From the NCBI GenBank assembly GCA_963667015.2, contig CAXXJJ010000004.1, positions 3,936,001 through 4,000,000 of the forward strand: DNA of 64,000 nucleotides, read 5' to 3'. The DNA comes from Desulfatiglandales bacterium. GTDB lineage: Bacteria; Desulfobacterota; DSM-4660; Desulfatiglandales; HGW-15. A program made the translations under genes and the position numbers. Position 1 is the stretch's first letter; the number at the start of each line of letters is the position of its first letter. This document shows, piece after piece, positions 18,991 through 30,357 of the stretch. The notes under the pieces were generated by a model that was not told the DNA's origin, searched no databases, and saw only the letters and a list, made by a program, of their open reading frames with translations.

Positions 18991-19407
18991 CACTAAAAAT
19001 ATGGTGAATAACTCAACATTTACTATATTTCTCACTTTCAAACAAGTTGTCAAAGATCATCTTTTATTAAGGTAACAACAAAGTCAATCCTTGTTGCATT
19101 TATCTAAAAATACCTATCCGTAATTCTTTCCCTTCCGTCAGTTTTTTCTGTGCTACTGAATAAATCAACTTCATCTGTTTTATGTTAAATCCTTAAAAAA
19201 ATTATCCTGATTTCAGGGTGATCTTTTATGAAAATCGGGATCAGGCCCCGACATTGACAGAAGGTACTTTTCACATGAGAGAATAATGTGTCATAGTAAA
19301 GAGCTGACCCTGGACTTTTCCATTGTACGTATTTTATCAGACCCTCATCTATTTTTATCCCAAACTAAGAAAGAGTATTCCCATTCCAAGCTTTTCCAAA
19401 CGAAAAA

Positions 19408-19462
19408 GTGTCAGATCTTGAATTTTGCTAAATTAAAATATTCAAGATTCGGGATCTGACAC
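19408..19462. repeat. REP-like palindrome
   Basis: GTGTCAGATCTTGAAT...ATTCAAGAT..GATCTGACAC. Confidence 0.55.
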
Positions 19463-19481
19463 CATTGCTTTTCTTAGGGCA

Positions 19482-21524
19482 TTACTGAATCTCAATAGCA
19501 CCAATATCACCAAGATTATTTCCAGGACGAGAATTATTGAGCTGGTCATAATTTTGACTGGCTACAGAATAAAGTGTTACCGAAATCCTGTTCATTTCAA
19601 TATCGTTATTTTCATCAAGAGGACCAGATGAAGTGAAAAGACCATCCCAGACACTATCCGATATTAGCTCAGGTCCCATCCCGGGAATGTTTTCTGTAAT
19701 CAGGACTTCATCCAGTTTGTGCCAGAATTCTATATATGGATAATTATAAACCTTTTCCGGCCATGTTGTATCAGGTCCAAACCACTGTGTATCTGTAAGC
19801 GTTAGTATAGGATTTCCATCTGGATCTTCATAGGGCTGGTTACCGGCAGTTTCATCATCAATATCTACATTGTTTAAAAAGGTTTCAAAATCAGTAGTAA
19901 AGTTGGCCGCAAAATCGGTGAGGGAATACTCCGATTCAAGCCGACCAAGCATGATTTCAAGGAAATTATTCGTGGCGTTATCAGGTATACTGTAATCAAA
20001 AAATGTTCCTGTAACATTGTAAGTGCCCGTTGGTATTTGATCAAGAGCGTTTCCCTGTGGTTCATAATAGAGTACAGCAGGATCACCCTCATTCACTCCT
20101 GCTGATACAATATCGTCTGAATATGTAATGCCGTTTGTGAGATCAAGCACATCAGTGATAATTATTCCGTCCATATCATTGATAAACGGGTAAAATTTTC
20201 TATTAAGAGATCTCCAGGCCTCCTCACCAACCGGAACAAGGATCTGGCTGAAATCAATAACGCCAATCCTGTTGTAGCCCATGCTACTGAAGTAGAAAGC
20301 CGATCCTGTAAAAATATCATGATTGTAGGTATCTCCTCCAGACTCATGGACTGTATTCCCTGTAATAATAGAATGGCCTATAATCATGTCTTCAAGTACA
20401 TGGGTATTTTCGATGCTTGCGGCAATACCTCCGGCCAGGTTTTTTTTACCAAGGTTATCGGTTCTGGGTATTCCATGGACCTGGTTTTCAACTATAGTAC
20501 AGGTTTTCACCGATATTGAACCATTTGACACGTATACCCCGCTGCCCTTCCAGTTACCCAGTAATGTGATAGAAGGTGTAAGGTCAGCAGGAAAATCTAC
20601 CAGATTTTCAGATATAGTTGAGTTATTCAAATTAAGTGTATTTGAGTTTTCAATACCACCGCCATCAGTATACACACCACCTCCATAGGCAAAAATACCG
20701 GTTATATGATTTCCGGTGATTGATGATCTTATAATATCCGTAGTGGTTTCAGATGTTTCAACTCCACCAACTGAAAACACACCGCCTCCTGAAACTCTTT
20801 CACCGTAGACAGTATTCCCGCTGACTATACAATCCACTATTTTGACAATATCAGCATAAACACCTCCTCCGAATGCCCCGCGATCCGTTGATGAGTCAAA
20901 GTCCCCTTCACAGTAGTTGTCATAGAGTATACAGTTTATGAGGCTTGCCCTGCCCCAGACTGCTATAGCTCCACCCCTGGCAAGGGTCCATGGCTGTTCA
21001 TCGTTTGTTCCGGAAATATCCTCAGCGATACTGCGTCCACCGGTTACAGTAACATTGATCATTGTAAGGTCGCCATATACTGCAAGAACACGTGCATCAT
21101 CATTTCCTGCCCAGGAGATAGTAATTCCGGAAGACAAGTCTGACGCGTCAATTATTACATTTTTATCTGCATACAGTGCGGATTTGCCATAGTCACGGTC
21201 AAAGTACCCTGCAAGAACCGAAATATTATTATCATGATCAAACTCCATTACTTCACCCTTAAGTGTTGTATGTTCTTCGCCAACAATGGACAGTTCAATA
21301 GTACTTCCGTCAAGAGCTGAATCAAAAACAATCACCTGGCCGCTGGCTGCTGATGCTAACGCTGAGCGGAGTGTAACAGTATTTTCCGGTGGATTTGCTA
21401 TGTCTTCAATGCTGTTAACCGTGATTGCTGAAGGTATATCTGTTGAATTGTTGCAACTTGTCAATACAAGAAAGAATGACAGGCTAAAAAGAATTAATAA
21501 ATGTTTCGAATAATTGTTACGCAT
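19482..21524 (-). CDS. Secreted lipoprotein with beta-helix (GGAI/GGGV) repeats and choice-of-anchor-Q-like end
   Basis: Lipobox LTSC, TLRSAL, repeated GGAI/GGGV, C-terminal DQ...R....DIGAIE. Confidence 0.75.
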   Translation of the reverse strand: MRNNYSKHLLILFSLSFFLVLTSCNNSTDIPSAITVNSIEDIANPPENTVTLRSALASAASGQVIVFDSALDGSTIELSIVGEEHTTLKGEVMEFDHDNNISVLAGYFDRDYGKSALYADKNVIIDASDLSSGITISWAGNDDARVLAVYGDLTMINVTVTGGRSIAEDISGTNDEQPWTLARGGAIAVWGRASLINCILYDNYCEGDFDSSTDRGAFGGGVYADIVKIVDCIVSGNTVYGERVSGGGVFSVGGVETSETTTDIIRSSITGNHITGIFAYGGGVYTDGGGIENSNTLNLNNSTISENLVDFPADLTPSITLLGNWKGSGVYVSNGSISVKTCTIVENQVHGIPRTDNLGKKNLAGGIAASIENTHVLEDMIIGHSIITGNTVHESGGDTYNHDIFTGSAFYFSSMGYNRIGVIDFSQILVPVGEEAWRSLNRKFYPFINDMDGIIITDVLDLTNGITYSDDIVSAGVNEGDPAVLYYEPQGNALDQIPTGTYNVTGTFFDYSIPDNATNNFLEIMLGRLESEYSLTDFAANFTTDFETFLNNVDIDDETAGNQPYEDPDGNPILTLTDTQWFGPDTTWPEKVYNYPYIEFWHKLDEVLITENIPGMGPELISDSVWDGLFTSSGPLDENNDIEMNRISVTLYSVASQNYDQLNNSRPGNNLGDIGAIEIQ

Positions 21525-21949
21525 AATCTTATCTCCTCAATGTTTTTTTGGCGATATAGTAAACGGAACAATAACAATTGTGAAGAGGCAAAGGTATTTT
21601 ATGTATTCTATAGAATACTTAATTAATTAATTTTAATAATTTAGACTAATGCTCAAGAATAATAATTAAAATAGATATCCGTGTACAACCCGTTATACAA
21701 AGCCTAAAAAGCTTGTTATTACTGTTTTATGATGTTTGGTGTTTTTGCAAAAGCACAATGTGAGGTAAGTTAAATAATGTCATGTCATATATGTCTGTAT
21801 TCTATTTTAACCATATAGTATTTAATTGTTTTTTCAGTATCGATTAAATGTAACTGGTGCGATCATTATTAATAAAAAAATATCTTTTTCGCATATCATA
21901 TACTAAAATTTCGCAGTTGATAAATTAACAGGTTTAATAATAGCGTCTT

Positions 21950-22196
21950 CAATCATATCAAGTAGATTCAATATGATATCTGATTCGATTTTGAAGCCGC
22001 TTGAGAAAGGATTATTATATGTTGAAGCATTAGTTGAGCCAGGGCATTGGTATGCATCTATTACTATGGATGGCAAACAAGTCGGACTATATCACAAAAT
22101 AATCAGTAAAGATGGTAAAACTATGAAATAAACATATACTGGCTTTGATGATGATGGAAAGCCTATTAAGATTATAAAAGCGTTGGAGAAACAATA
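21950..22196 (+). pseudogene. Remnant of a beta-barrel-type hypothetical gene
   Basis: Reads ...DGKQVG..HKIISKDGKTMK*TYTGFDDDGKPIKIIKALEKQ* with an internal stop and no clear start. Confidence 0.45.
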
Positions 22197-22267
22197 GTCC
22201 CTACTTTTTATTAATTAATGATTCTTACAGATTGGTTTTCCTTAAATAGTATTTCGAGAAAATAAAA

Positions 22268-23029
22268 ATGAGAGATTGGTTTACAATAGATAAAATTGAT
22301 AATGAGACATATATTATTAGCGAATATCGCCATTGGGAAGAAACACATTGTTATCTTCTTAATGGCTCTAAAAATAGTCTTTTAATTGATACGGGGCTTG
22401 GAATCTGCAATATTTATGATGAAGTAATTAAGTTAACTAACAAGCCAATCATTGCCGTGGCTACCCATATTCATTGGGATCACATCGGAGGCCATGAATA
22501 CTTCCCGGATTTCTACGCACATCAAGAAGAACTCAATTGGCTTCAAGGAGAATTTCCTTTAACAATGGCACAAATAAAGGATATGGTCATTGATCGCTGT
22601 GATTTACCAGAAGGTTTTGATGTAAACGAATATGAGTTTTTTCAGGGTGTGCCAACAAGAGTACTTGAAGACAACGATATAATTGATATTGGTGGTCGCC
22701 ACATCGAAATATTACACACCCCTGGTCACTCTCCCGGGCATATGTGCTTCTGGGAAAAAGAACGTGGCTATCTTTTTACCGGTGATTTGGTTTATAAAGA
22801 CACCCTATTCGCGTATTATCCATCAACCGACCCGGAGGCATACTTAAACTCTCTCGAACGGATTTCAGCATTGCCTGTGAAACATGTATTTCCTGCGCAT
22901 CATGATCTAAACATTCAATCCGAGATTTTAATACGAATGAGAGATGCTTTCCGAGAGTTGAGCGATGAGGGTAAATTGTGTCATGGAAGCGGGACCTTTA
23001 ATTACGGAGACTGGGCAGTGTGGTTATGA
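22268..23029 (+). CDS. MBL-fold metallo-hydrolase
   Basis: THIHWDHIGG, TPGHSPG, FTGD, PAH. Confidence 0.93.
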   Translation: MRDWFTIDKIDNETYIISEYRHWEETHCYLLNGSKNSLLIDTGLGICNIYDEVIKLTNKPIIAVATHIHWDHIGGHEYFPDFYAHQEELNWLQGEFPLTMAQIKDMVIDRCDLPEGFDVNEYEFFQGVPTRVLEDNDIIDIGGRHIEILHTPGHSPGHMCFWEKERGYLFTGDLVYKDTLFAYYPSTDPEAYLNSLERISALPVKHVFPAHHDLNIQSEILIRMRDAFRELSDEGKLCHGSGTFNYGDWAVWL

Positions 23030-23138
23030 TTGGACAAATTCACAACAAAAGATCCAATTTAAACAGAACTTATTTCCGTTGTTTTTATTTTTTTGTAAAC
23101 AGCTGTATGTTTGGTCAATTAACTCAAGGAGGTAATCA

Positions 23139-23966
23139 ATGAACATTAAATCAGTTTCCTGTGTATATTTTTCTCCTACAGGAACGACAAAAACAATTGC
23201 TGAAAATATTTCTCAAGGCATTAATGCCGAAAGAGTTGAGATGATAGATATAACCAACCTAGCCAACCGTGAAGGTGGTGGCTTGAATTTTGGAAATGAG
23301 CTTGTCATCCTTGCAACCCCGGTATATTACGGTCGCGTTCCAGAGGTAGTCGCATCCTACTTAACCTCATTCAAAGCTGAGCAGACACCTGCTGTGCTTG
23401 TAGTGGTTTATGGAAACAGGGATTACGATGATGCTCTCAAAGAATTACATGATATAGCAGTGGCAGATAATTTTATACCTGTAGCCGGTGGTACTTTCGT
23501 TGCGGAGCATTCGTATTCTTCTACTGATTACCCAATTGCTCCAGGTCGTCCGGACGATATTGATATACAAAAAGCACAGGAGTTTGGTACCGCCGTTCGA
23601 GAGAAATTACAAAATTTAGAGGCACTGGAGGAATTAGCTTCTATTAAGGTCCCAGGCCAGGCTCCCTATATTGAGCCTGTGAATTTGGATATGATTAAAA
23701 AAGCACGATCGGTTGTAGCTTTAACTCCTGAAACGGACACATCAAAATGCACACAGTGCGGGCAGTGTGCCGAGGCTTGTCCGACTAGAGCCATTTCTTT
23801 TGATGATGTAACCCAAACCGATAAATGGCAATGCCTTATTTGTTTTGCATGTGTGAAAATCTGCCCGGAAGGAGCAAGGCAAATGAGTGAACCAAATTTC
23901 AAAGCTGCAATCCAGGCACTACAGCAAAACTGCCAGGATAGAAAAGAACCGGAATTTTATTTGTAA
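23139..23966 (+). CDS. Flavodoxin-like plus 2x[4Fe-4S] protein (EFR1-like)
   Basis: YFSPTGTT, YGNR, two CxxCxxCxxxCP motifs. Confidence 0.9.
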   Translation: MNIKSVSCVYFSPTGTTKTIAENISQGINAERVEMIDITNLANREGGGLNFGNELVILATPVYYGRVPEVVASYLTSFKAEQTPAVLVVVYGNRDYDDALKELHDIAVADNFIPVAGGTFVAEHSYSSTDYPIAPGRPDDIDIQKAQEFGTAVREKLQNLEALEELASIKVPGQAPYIEPVNLDMIKKARSVVALTPETDTSKCTQCGQCAEACPTRAISFDDVTQTDKWQCLICFACVKICPEGARQMSEPNFKAAIQALQQNCQDRKEPEFYL

Positions 23967-24049
23967 GAAATAAAATGAATAATATTAGATAGGGATATAG
24001 CGAGGATGCTGAATATAAAAGAGGTAGTTTCAATATTGAGGAGTAAGTC

Positions 24050-24925
24050 ATGCCTAATGTGATAGCCAATGGAATTCAAATCGAATACGATACTTTTGGT
24101 AACAGCTCGTTTCCCGTATTGTTGTTAATAATGGGGGGCGGAAGCCAAATGATATATTGGGAAGCTGAGTTCTGTGATTTATTAGCAGATAAAGGGCTTT
24201 TTGTTATACGCTTCGATAACCGGGACATCGGCCTTTCGACCAAATTTGAGGACGCTGGCATTCCCGACATGATGGCGGTAATGAAAGGCGAGTCAGTAAC
24301 TCCTCCATATACTCTCGAGGACATGGCAGATGATGCTATTGGTTTATTGGATGCGTTAGGTATTGAGAAAGCTAATATTTGCGGTGCTTCAGTAGGGGGA
24401 ATGATAGCTCAGGTTGTATCCTATCGGCACCCTGAACGCGTTTTAAGCCTTACTTCAATCATGTCGAGCACAGGTAACCCTGCACTTCCACAAATAAAGC
24501 CGGAAATTTTAGCTGAGGTATATAAACCTGTCCCGGATGAACGTGAAGCGTATATTGAACATAATGTAAATATGTGGCGTAAACTCTGGAGCCCCGGATT
24601 TCAATTTGAAGAAAAACGATTACGAGCCCTCATGGAGGAAAGCTTTGATCGTTCGTATTACCCGCAAGGCATGGCCCGACAAAGTGCAGCAGTAATGGCT
24701 CATGGCTATCAAAAAACATCGATCGCATCTATTAAAGCCCCAACACTCGTAATCCATGGTGACAAAGACCCATTTATGCCAGTTGAAGGTGGCAAGGAAA
24801 CAGCGGAGTTGATACCTGATTCAAAATTATTAATAATTAAGGGTATGGGACATGATATACCCAAAGGAACTTGGCCAATAATAGTTGACACAATATCCGA
24901 TCATATAAAACAAGCTGGTTGTTGA
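24050..24925 (+). CDS. Alpha/beta hydrolase
   Basis: RFDNRD.G, GASVGG, HGDKD, GMGHD. Confidence 0.93.
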   Translation: MPNVIANGIQIEYDTFGNSSFPVLLLIMGGGSQMIYWEAEFCDLLADKGLFVIRFDNRDIGLSTKFEDAGIPDMMAVMKGESVTPPYTLEDMADDAIGLLDALGIEKANICGASVGGMIAQVVSYRHPERVLSLTSIMSSTGNPALPQIKPEILAEVYKPVPDEREAYIEHNVNMWRKLWSPGFQFEEKRLRALMEESFDRSYYPQGMARQSAAVMAHGYQKTSIASIKAPTLVIHGDKDPFMPVEGGKETAELIPDSKLLIIKGMGHDIPKGTWPIIVDTISDHIKQAGC

Positions 24926-25108
24926 TAATCGAAAATACTATTTAATGAGTGGCGTCTGGATCGGTCAGGTATTTTCCTGAATAAGGACCGTCAACCTGCA
25001 ACGGTTGAGAGCATGCGCTTACTGCTTCGTGTGTTTACTTTTTTCAGATTTCCAATTCTTATACAATCTATATAACCAATACCATTTTATAAGTAATACG
25101 AAATTAAA

Positions 25109-25270
25109 ATGGCAAAAGATAATTTAGAAACAAAAGTGAAGAAGTCCGTAATCAATATCGATAAGAATATCAATGGCATTTACAATATGTTAACTGACCT
25201 CAGTCTCAAGTTAACCCATATCATCACAAGTATGAGTGACTATAGGGCTTATGATAGGGAGTTTTATTAA
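25109..25270 (+). CDS. 53-aa hypothetical protein (not in ORF track)
   Basis: MAKDNLETKVKK...YDREFY; TATA-like upstream sequence, no SD. Confidence 0.4.
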   Translation: MAKDNLETKVKKSVINIDKNINGIYNMLTDLSLKLTHIITSMSDYRAYDREFY

Positions 25271-25674
25271 TAAATATTGCCAAGCCATAAGCATTTTTCT
25301 GTCTTTGCTTTCCCTCATGCCTATAAACAGAGATAGAAAATTACAGAACTAACGATGGAAAAAAATTATTTACATAATGAAAGTAATAAACGGGGTTGCG
25401 ATTATATTCCTAATTGGGCGAGAATACTGATTGATCTATATAAGTCTCCGTTAAAATATGAGGTAATGTATGAGATGAAGTATGAATCTATTCGGTAAAA
25501 GCCATAATGAGTTAAATTTATAAAAGATAGCACCTCTCATAATGCAAACATTAAAGATTGTAAATCTTTAATGAGAAAAAATTAACACTATAGGGAGTTG
25601 GTTTTTTCAAAGCCTCAATAGTATAGTGGAAGGAAAAAACCCAACTTTTATATAGTGTTATAAAAGATAATAGT

Positions 25675-26838
25675 ATGGCAAAAAGTTCAGTATACCCAGC
25701 TTTCAAACGCGGAGAAGTCGTACAATATTATAACTCATTACCCGTTTCTGAAAAAAAGATAATTAATAGTTTTATTGACTATGTGTCTATTGAATCGTCT
25801 AGCAAGGCTCGCTTAGATAATAACCGCAGGACCATAACCCAGCTCAGATATATAACTGATAAAAATTTTAAGGATATCGATTTAGAAGACTTAAGACATT
25901 ACCTGGCTCTTTTAAAAAAGAGTGATAAAACGACCTCCACACAGACTGATTATAAAGCCTCAATAAAAAGATTTCTTCGTTGGCATTTTCCAAATTGGTC
26001 AGAAAGATTTGATAACCTCCGTGATATCAAATTAAAGTTTGGATACAATGAAGAGAAGATTAATGCTTCAACCATTCTAAAAAAAGAAGATATAGAAAAG
26101 CTTGTCAAAGCTGAGAATTCTCTGTTCTGGAAAACCTTTTTTATTTGTCTTTACGAAACAGGACTTAGACCTTATGAGCTTCGGAAATTAACCTGGGACA
26201 AAGTAGAACTTGGAAATAAAAATAATATTTCAAAAATATATGTTTTTGCCACCAAGACCTCTAAGGCTCGTACTACTTTTATTAAGGAAGGAACATATTA
26301 CCTGTCTGAGCTTAAAAGAAGATATGAGATACAAGGAAACATTAGTAGGCTAGTCTTCCCTTCTCCCAGGAATATTAACAAACCTATGGATAAAGGTAGA
26401 GTCTCAGAATGGCTTAAAAAGCTTACAACAAAGGTTCTAGGGAGGGCAGTTACACCCTATATGCTGCGGCATACCAGAGCAACCGAACTTTATATCAATC
26501 CTCAGATTCCTGATAAAATTGCTCAAAAAGTTCTAGGGCATGGTAAAAATATGGGAGATATCTATACACATCTTTCAGATAATGATGTGGAGGATGTTCT
26601 AGGCTCTACTATTTACAATTTTGAAGATATATCACCTGAAGAAAAGCATCAGCTAAAAGAAGATGTCGAACAACATAAAATGGAAATCAGGCAACTTAAA
26701 GAAAAGATCGAAATTATGGGAAAGTATGATGCTATTGCGAATAATATATTTGAAGATAAACGGCTTCAAAAAGCACTATTAAAATCGATGATAGAAAACG
26801 GATACGGAAAGCAATTACTGGAACTCTCTGGCAATTGA
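25675..26838 (+). CDS. Tyrosine recombinase with C-terminal coiled coil
   Basis: YETGLRPYE, TKT, PYMLRHTRAT, LGH, IYTH. Confidence 0.92.
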   Translation: MAKSSVYPAFKRGEVVQYYNSLPVSEKKIINSFIDYVSIESSSKARLDNNRRTITQLRYITDKNFKDIDLEDLRHYLALLKKSDKTTSTQTDYKASIKRFLRWHFPNWSERFDNLRDIKLKFGYNEEKINASTILKKEDIEKLVKAENSLFWKTFFICLYETGLRPYELRKLTWDKVELGNKNNISKIYVFATKTSKARTTFIKEGTYYLSELKRRYEIQGNISRLVFPSPRNINKPMDKGRVSEWLKKLTTKVLGRAVTPYMLRHTRATELYINPQIPDKIAQKVLGHGKNMGDIYTHLSDNDVEDVLGSTIYNFEDISPEEKHQLKEDVEQHKMEIRQLKEKIEIMGKYDAIANNIFEDKRLQKALLKSMIENGYGKQLLELSGN

Positions 26839-27339
26839 CCATCCCTTCTCGGTAAGCCAATAATATCGTCTTCTATCCTCTCCCATTTCACTGTCTACCA
26901 ATTCTTTACTTATTAATTCTTTAAGTATAGATTTAGTACTGATTCTTGAAAGGCAAGGATTCAAATTTGAGGACTTTTTCCGGATATCTTCCGAAGTCCG
27001 CTTCATTGAATCTCTTGACAGAGTTTTTAAAACAACAAGTCTTTGCATTGGACTACTTATCACCCATCCTATCATCCCATAATTCTTTCTGTTTCTATTT
27101 CCACTCTCCTGTAAATTGAGTAGCCTCCGGGATCTATCCGTTAAAGTATACAGCCTACCCTTTTGTGCTTCTGGGTTAAGACATTTTAACAAATCTCTTT
27201 TCAAAAATGGTTTAAGGTTGAATTTTTTAATATTGAGTTCTTTTTGGATTTGGGTAGGGGTTTTTGGGAGAAAAAATGCTCTAATAATCTCTGAATTCCT
27301 TGACCGACTCGACCAATTGGCCAGCTCCTTTTCTCCCAT
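26815..27339 (-). CDS. Tandem winged-helix DNA-binding protein
   Basis: Two wHTH wing signatures, GRLYTLTD and RRYYWLTEKG. Confidence 0.75.
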   Translation of the reverse strand: MGEKELANWSSRSRNSEIIRAFFLPKTPTQIQKELNIKKFNLKPFLKRDLLKCLNPEAQKGRLYTLTDRSRRLLNLQESGNRNRKNYGMIGWVISSPMQRLVVLKTLSRDSMKRTSEDIRKKSSNLNPCLSRISTKSILKELISKELVDSEMGEDRRRYYWLTEKGWSIAREFQ

Positions 27340-28307
27340 TTAAGGATATTCAGGAAGTTAAATAAAGCGCTTGTATAAGGATAAGAACCTCTTTTGTTTC
27401 TATTTCCATTCAATATTGTGACAGGTTAGGATTACAGATATTTTATTGTAGTTTTGGGATAAGATCGATGGAGTTCGGACAAACAATTTAAATAAATTAC
27501 AAATAATTGAAATAAATTATATAAAGGAAAATACCACGGCTGCTAAATACTTGTCTTTTTCACTTTTATTTCCATTTCCCCTTCCCATTTCCCCCTACTT
27601 ACATAAAAAAACAGAAACAAATCATCGAAGATAATACCCATTAAAGATGCTTAAATAGCAAACCTATATAATAGCGCGCAACAACAACCGCAAGGTTGCG
27701 CGCGTACCATGCCTAACAAGTAAAATAGCAAAGCTTTCCTCAGTCCTTTATGTTTAAGATACTGTCTGTATTGATAACATTCATTCATTTAAAATATTAC
27801 TATAATAATATCCAGGTATACCTGATTTCACTGATAATAATATGAGGTATACCGTCTAGTGCGACAACTATTTCTATAGATAATTGTCGCACGTTATAAA
27901 TCGCACAAGTCTATAAATAAGCCAGATAAAGGCTTGTGACTATATTTTTCAAACCCTGGCACTTATGGATTTTTGATAAAAATATATAGGTGCATTTAAT
28001 ATGATTCGGAATAATTATGAATTCTAAAAACAGCCGTAAAATTAGAATTTATATTTATGGAGAATAAAAAAACTTAAAATGAGAGAAGACTCCGGGATAC
28101 TCGATTTTTATGTTTTTTTGAGTTATAAAAAAAATTATTTAGAAAGTATTGTTGTGTCGATATATAAATATAAATCATGACAGGATAATACTTTTACTCA
28201 ATTATATTTTTTTTATTTATGAATCATGAAAAGGACGATGCTGCTCCCGGTTTATATATAAAATTATTTTTAAAATTGTTTGTAAATCTCCAGTGGAGGA
28301 ATTTTCT

Positions 28308-28589
28308 ATGACATGCACAAAAAAAGACCTTGTAGATAGTATTTGTTTAAAATATGGATTTACGATAATGCAGTCTTCAAGAATTGTTGAATTCTTTTTC
28401 GATCATATAAAGGATGCTTTAGTTACAGGCGAGGATGTTTTGATTTCTGGTTTTGGTAAATTCTACCTTATTGATAAAAAGATACGTAAAGGTAGAAATC
28501 CTGCAACTGGTGAAGATTTAATGCTGGATGCAAGGCGGATTATTTCATTTAGAACTGCGGGTAAATTGAAGAAGAAATTGAATGAATAA
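28308..28589 (+). CDS. ihfA: IHF-alpha-like DNA-bending protein (island copy)
   Basis: GEDVLISGFGKF, RKGRNPATGE. Confidence 0.88.
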   Translation: MTCTKKDLVDSICLKYGFTIMQSSRIVEFFFDHIKDALVTGEDVLISGFGKFYLIDKKIRKGRNPATGEDLMLDARRIISFRTAGKLKKKLNE

Positions 28590-28658
28590 TAAAATCCATA
28601 GAGACACAATTTTCCATATGGAGATTTCAATTAAAAAAATAAATTAAATAAAGATAAA

Positions 28659-28775
28659 TCATTCGTTGCTTATTCCTTCGTAGCAAGTTTCACAGTACCA
28701 TTCTTTTTCGGAGTCTCTGTATCTGACATCGTATTCAGTACAACCGCAACTCACACAATCTTTTTGGCAAACCAT
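28659..28775 (-). CDS. 38-aa zinc-ribbon peptide (not in ORF track)
   Basis: MVCQKDCVSCGC...WYCETCYEG, starting 1 bp after the upstream stop. Confidence 0.5.
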   Translation of the reverse strand: MVCQKDCVSCGCTEYDVRYRDSEKEWYCETCYEGISNE

Positions 28776-28776
28776 C

Positions 28777-29235
28777 CTATTCTTTACTTGTTGTTTTTTT
28801 CAGCCTTTCAATCTCTATCTCGCAACTTCGTTTAAGACTCTCAAAGCCTTCAATTAATGCTTTTCTAATATACTTAAATTTTTCAAAGCTGACACTTAAC
28901 GCGCCTGATTTGTATACATCAAAAAGCATGTGGTCAGGGATGCGACCATATTTTTTGTCTCCATAGGCATTGGCTATCATATAAGCTAAGGCGATATCCT
29001 GGGACATATCCATTCCGCAACCACACAAAGCAAGATACAGTTTATCGTCTTCAGTATTCTTAACAACGGTGCAATTTGTTTCCTGACATATCCTTATGAT
29101 TTTGTCTTCCTCTAAGGCGCTCAAATGGAGTGGATAAGCATAGTTGTAAATCGGCATGTAATCGTCAAGCTCAATGCCCTCCAGATTATCTTCAGACCAT
29201 TCTCCTTTTTCCTCCTCCATTACATAGCGACCCAA
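28777..29235 (-). CDS. Hypothetical, virus/plasmid-like protein (start uncertain)
   Basis: 152-aa ORF with YLALCGCGMDMSQDIA; the frame is open about 25 codons further upstream without an ATG. Confidence 0.6.
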   Translation of the reverse strand: MGRYVMEEEKGEWSEDNLEGIELDDYMPIYNYAYPLHLSALEEDKIIRICQETNCTVVKNTEDDKLYLALCGCGMDMSQDIALAYMIANAYGDKKYGRIPDHMLFDVYKSGALSVSFEKFKYIRKALIEGFESLKRSCEIEIERLKKTTSKE

Positions 29236-29640
29236 ACAGTCCCACTCGTCACCTTTAAATGCTTCCCACCAATCGACATATCTGCTTTCTATTTTCCACG
29301 TTACCTCCTTTCAGTTTTTATTGCTTCCTTCTTTTTTCGTCCAAGGAAACCTTGGGCCTTGCTGAAACCATGGATACACGGGTGAGGAGAATGCCGAACA
29401 TGCCAGACTAAAGCGGAAGACATTTGAGTCTTCAAAAAACTTAAATGGTTAACTGGAAAGTGCCTTTTATGTTTTTTAGCGAAGGAGGCAATCGAGACAG
29501 GAGATGAGATTCGGTAGTTAAGTATTATGTCGAAGTGCAAAAGATTTACTGATCCTGATGATATGTCCTCAGGATAGATATATTTTTTGTATAGTTTTTT
29601 TTATAAAGAAAGAAAAAGAAAAAAAAGCAGGACAAGGAAA

Positions 29641-29796
29641 TTATTCCTTGTCTTCAAAGGTGCTGAACTGGCACGAGTTGGCGTCGCCGTCAACAACTTC
29701 AAGTAGAAGCGTTCTGCTGACGTAAAGCCAGGTGCCGTTAACTGCAATCTTAAAACCTTTTCCGGTGTTAGTCCTGCAAAAAGTCACTTTTTCCAT
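29641..29796 (-). CDS. 51-aa hypothetical protein (not in ORF track)
   Basis: SD AGGAGGT; MEKVTFCRTNTGKGFKIAVNGTWLY... Confidence 0.65.
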   Translation of the reverse strand: MEKVTFCRTNTGKGFKIAVNGTWLYVSRTLLLEVVDGDANSCQFSTFEDKE

Positions 29797-30357
29797 TTTT
29801 TACCTCCTGTATATTTATTTTTCATGACCGGAGCACACGCGTAGCTTTTGGATAGATAAATTTTTATATAGACCAAAAAACTTACTGAGACTGATATCAT
29901 GCGGTATCAGGATAGATATGTTTTCGGGGCAGTGGAACAATTTACTGAGTTAAAAGTTTTGTCATGAGAGAAAATAAATGTAGGGAGTAAAATGGAAAGG
30001 AATTTTGAACAACTTTAGGATTATTCAATGTTTTAAGAGATTAACTTTTAAATCTTCTTTTGGTATAATGAGCTCAGAGCCGAAAATCATGGGGTGCCTT
30101 GATTTGGCATCTAATTATTAGAGCTGACATGAATGGGAAAAATTTAAGTTTCTGCCTCTGTAGGTGTTTGGGAAAAAATATCGATGGAAGATGATTTACT
30201 TTTAACGATGATGTTAATTTTTGATTAAAAAAACGACGACGGTACAGATAAAAAAACCTTGAGATTAAATATATATATTTGATAAAGTAGGACTCATCTT
30301 ATTAAAGTCTTTTAATATCTTCCCATCTTTAATAACACATAAAAAGAGAGCAGCGCA

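Noticed and set aside
23036..23115. attC between the MBL and ferredoxin genes
   Set aside because: It begins CACAAC but has no convincing complementary arm; at most a decayed remnant.
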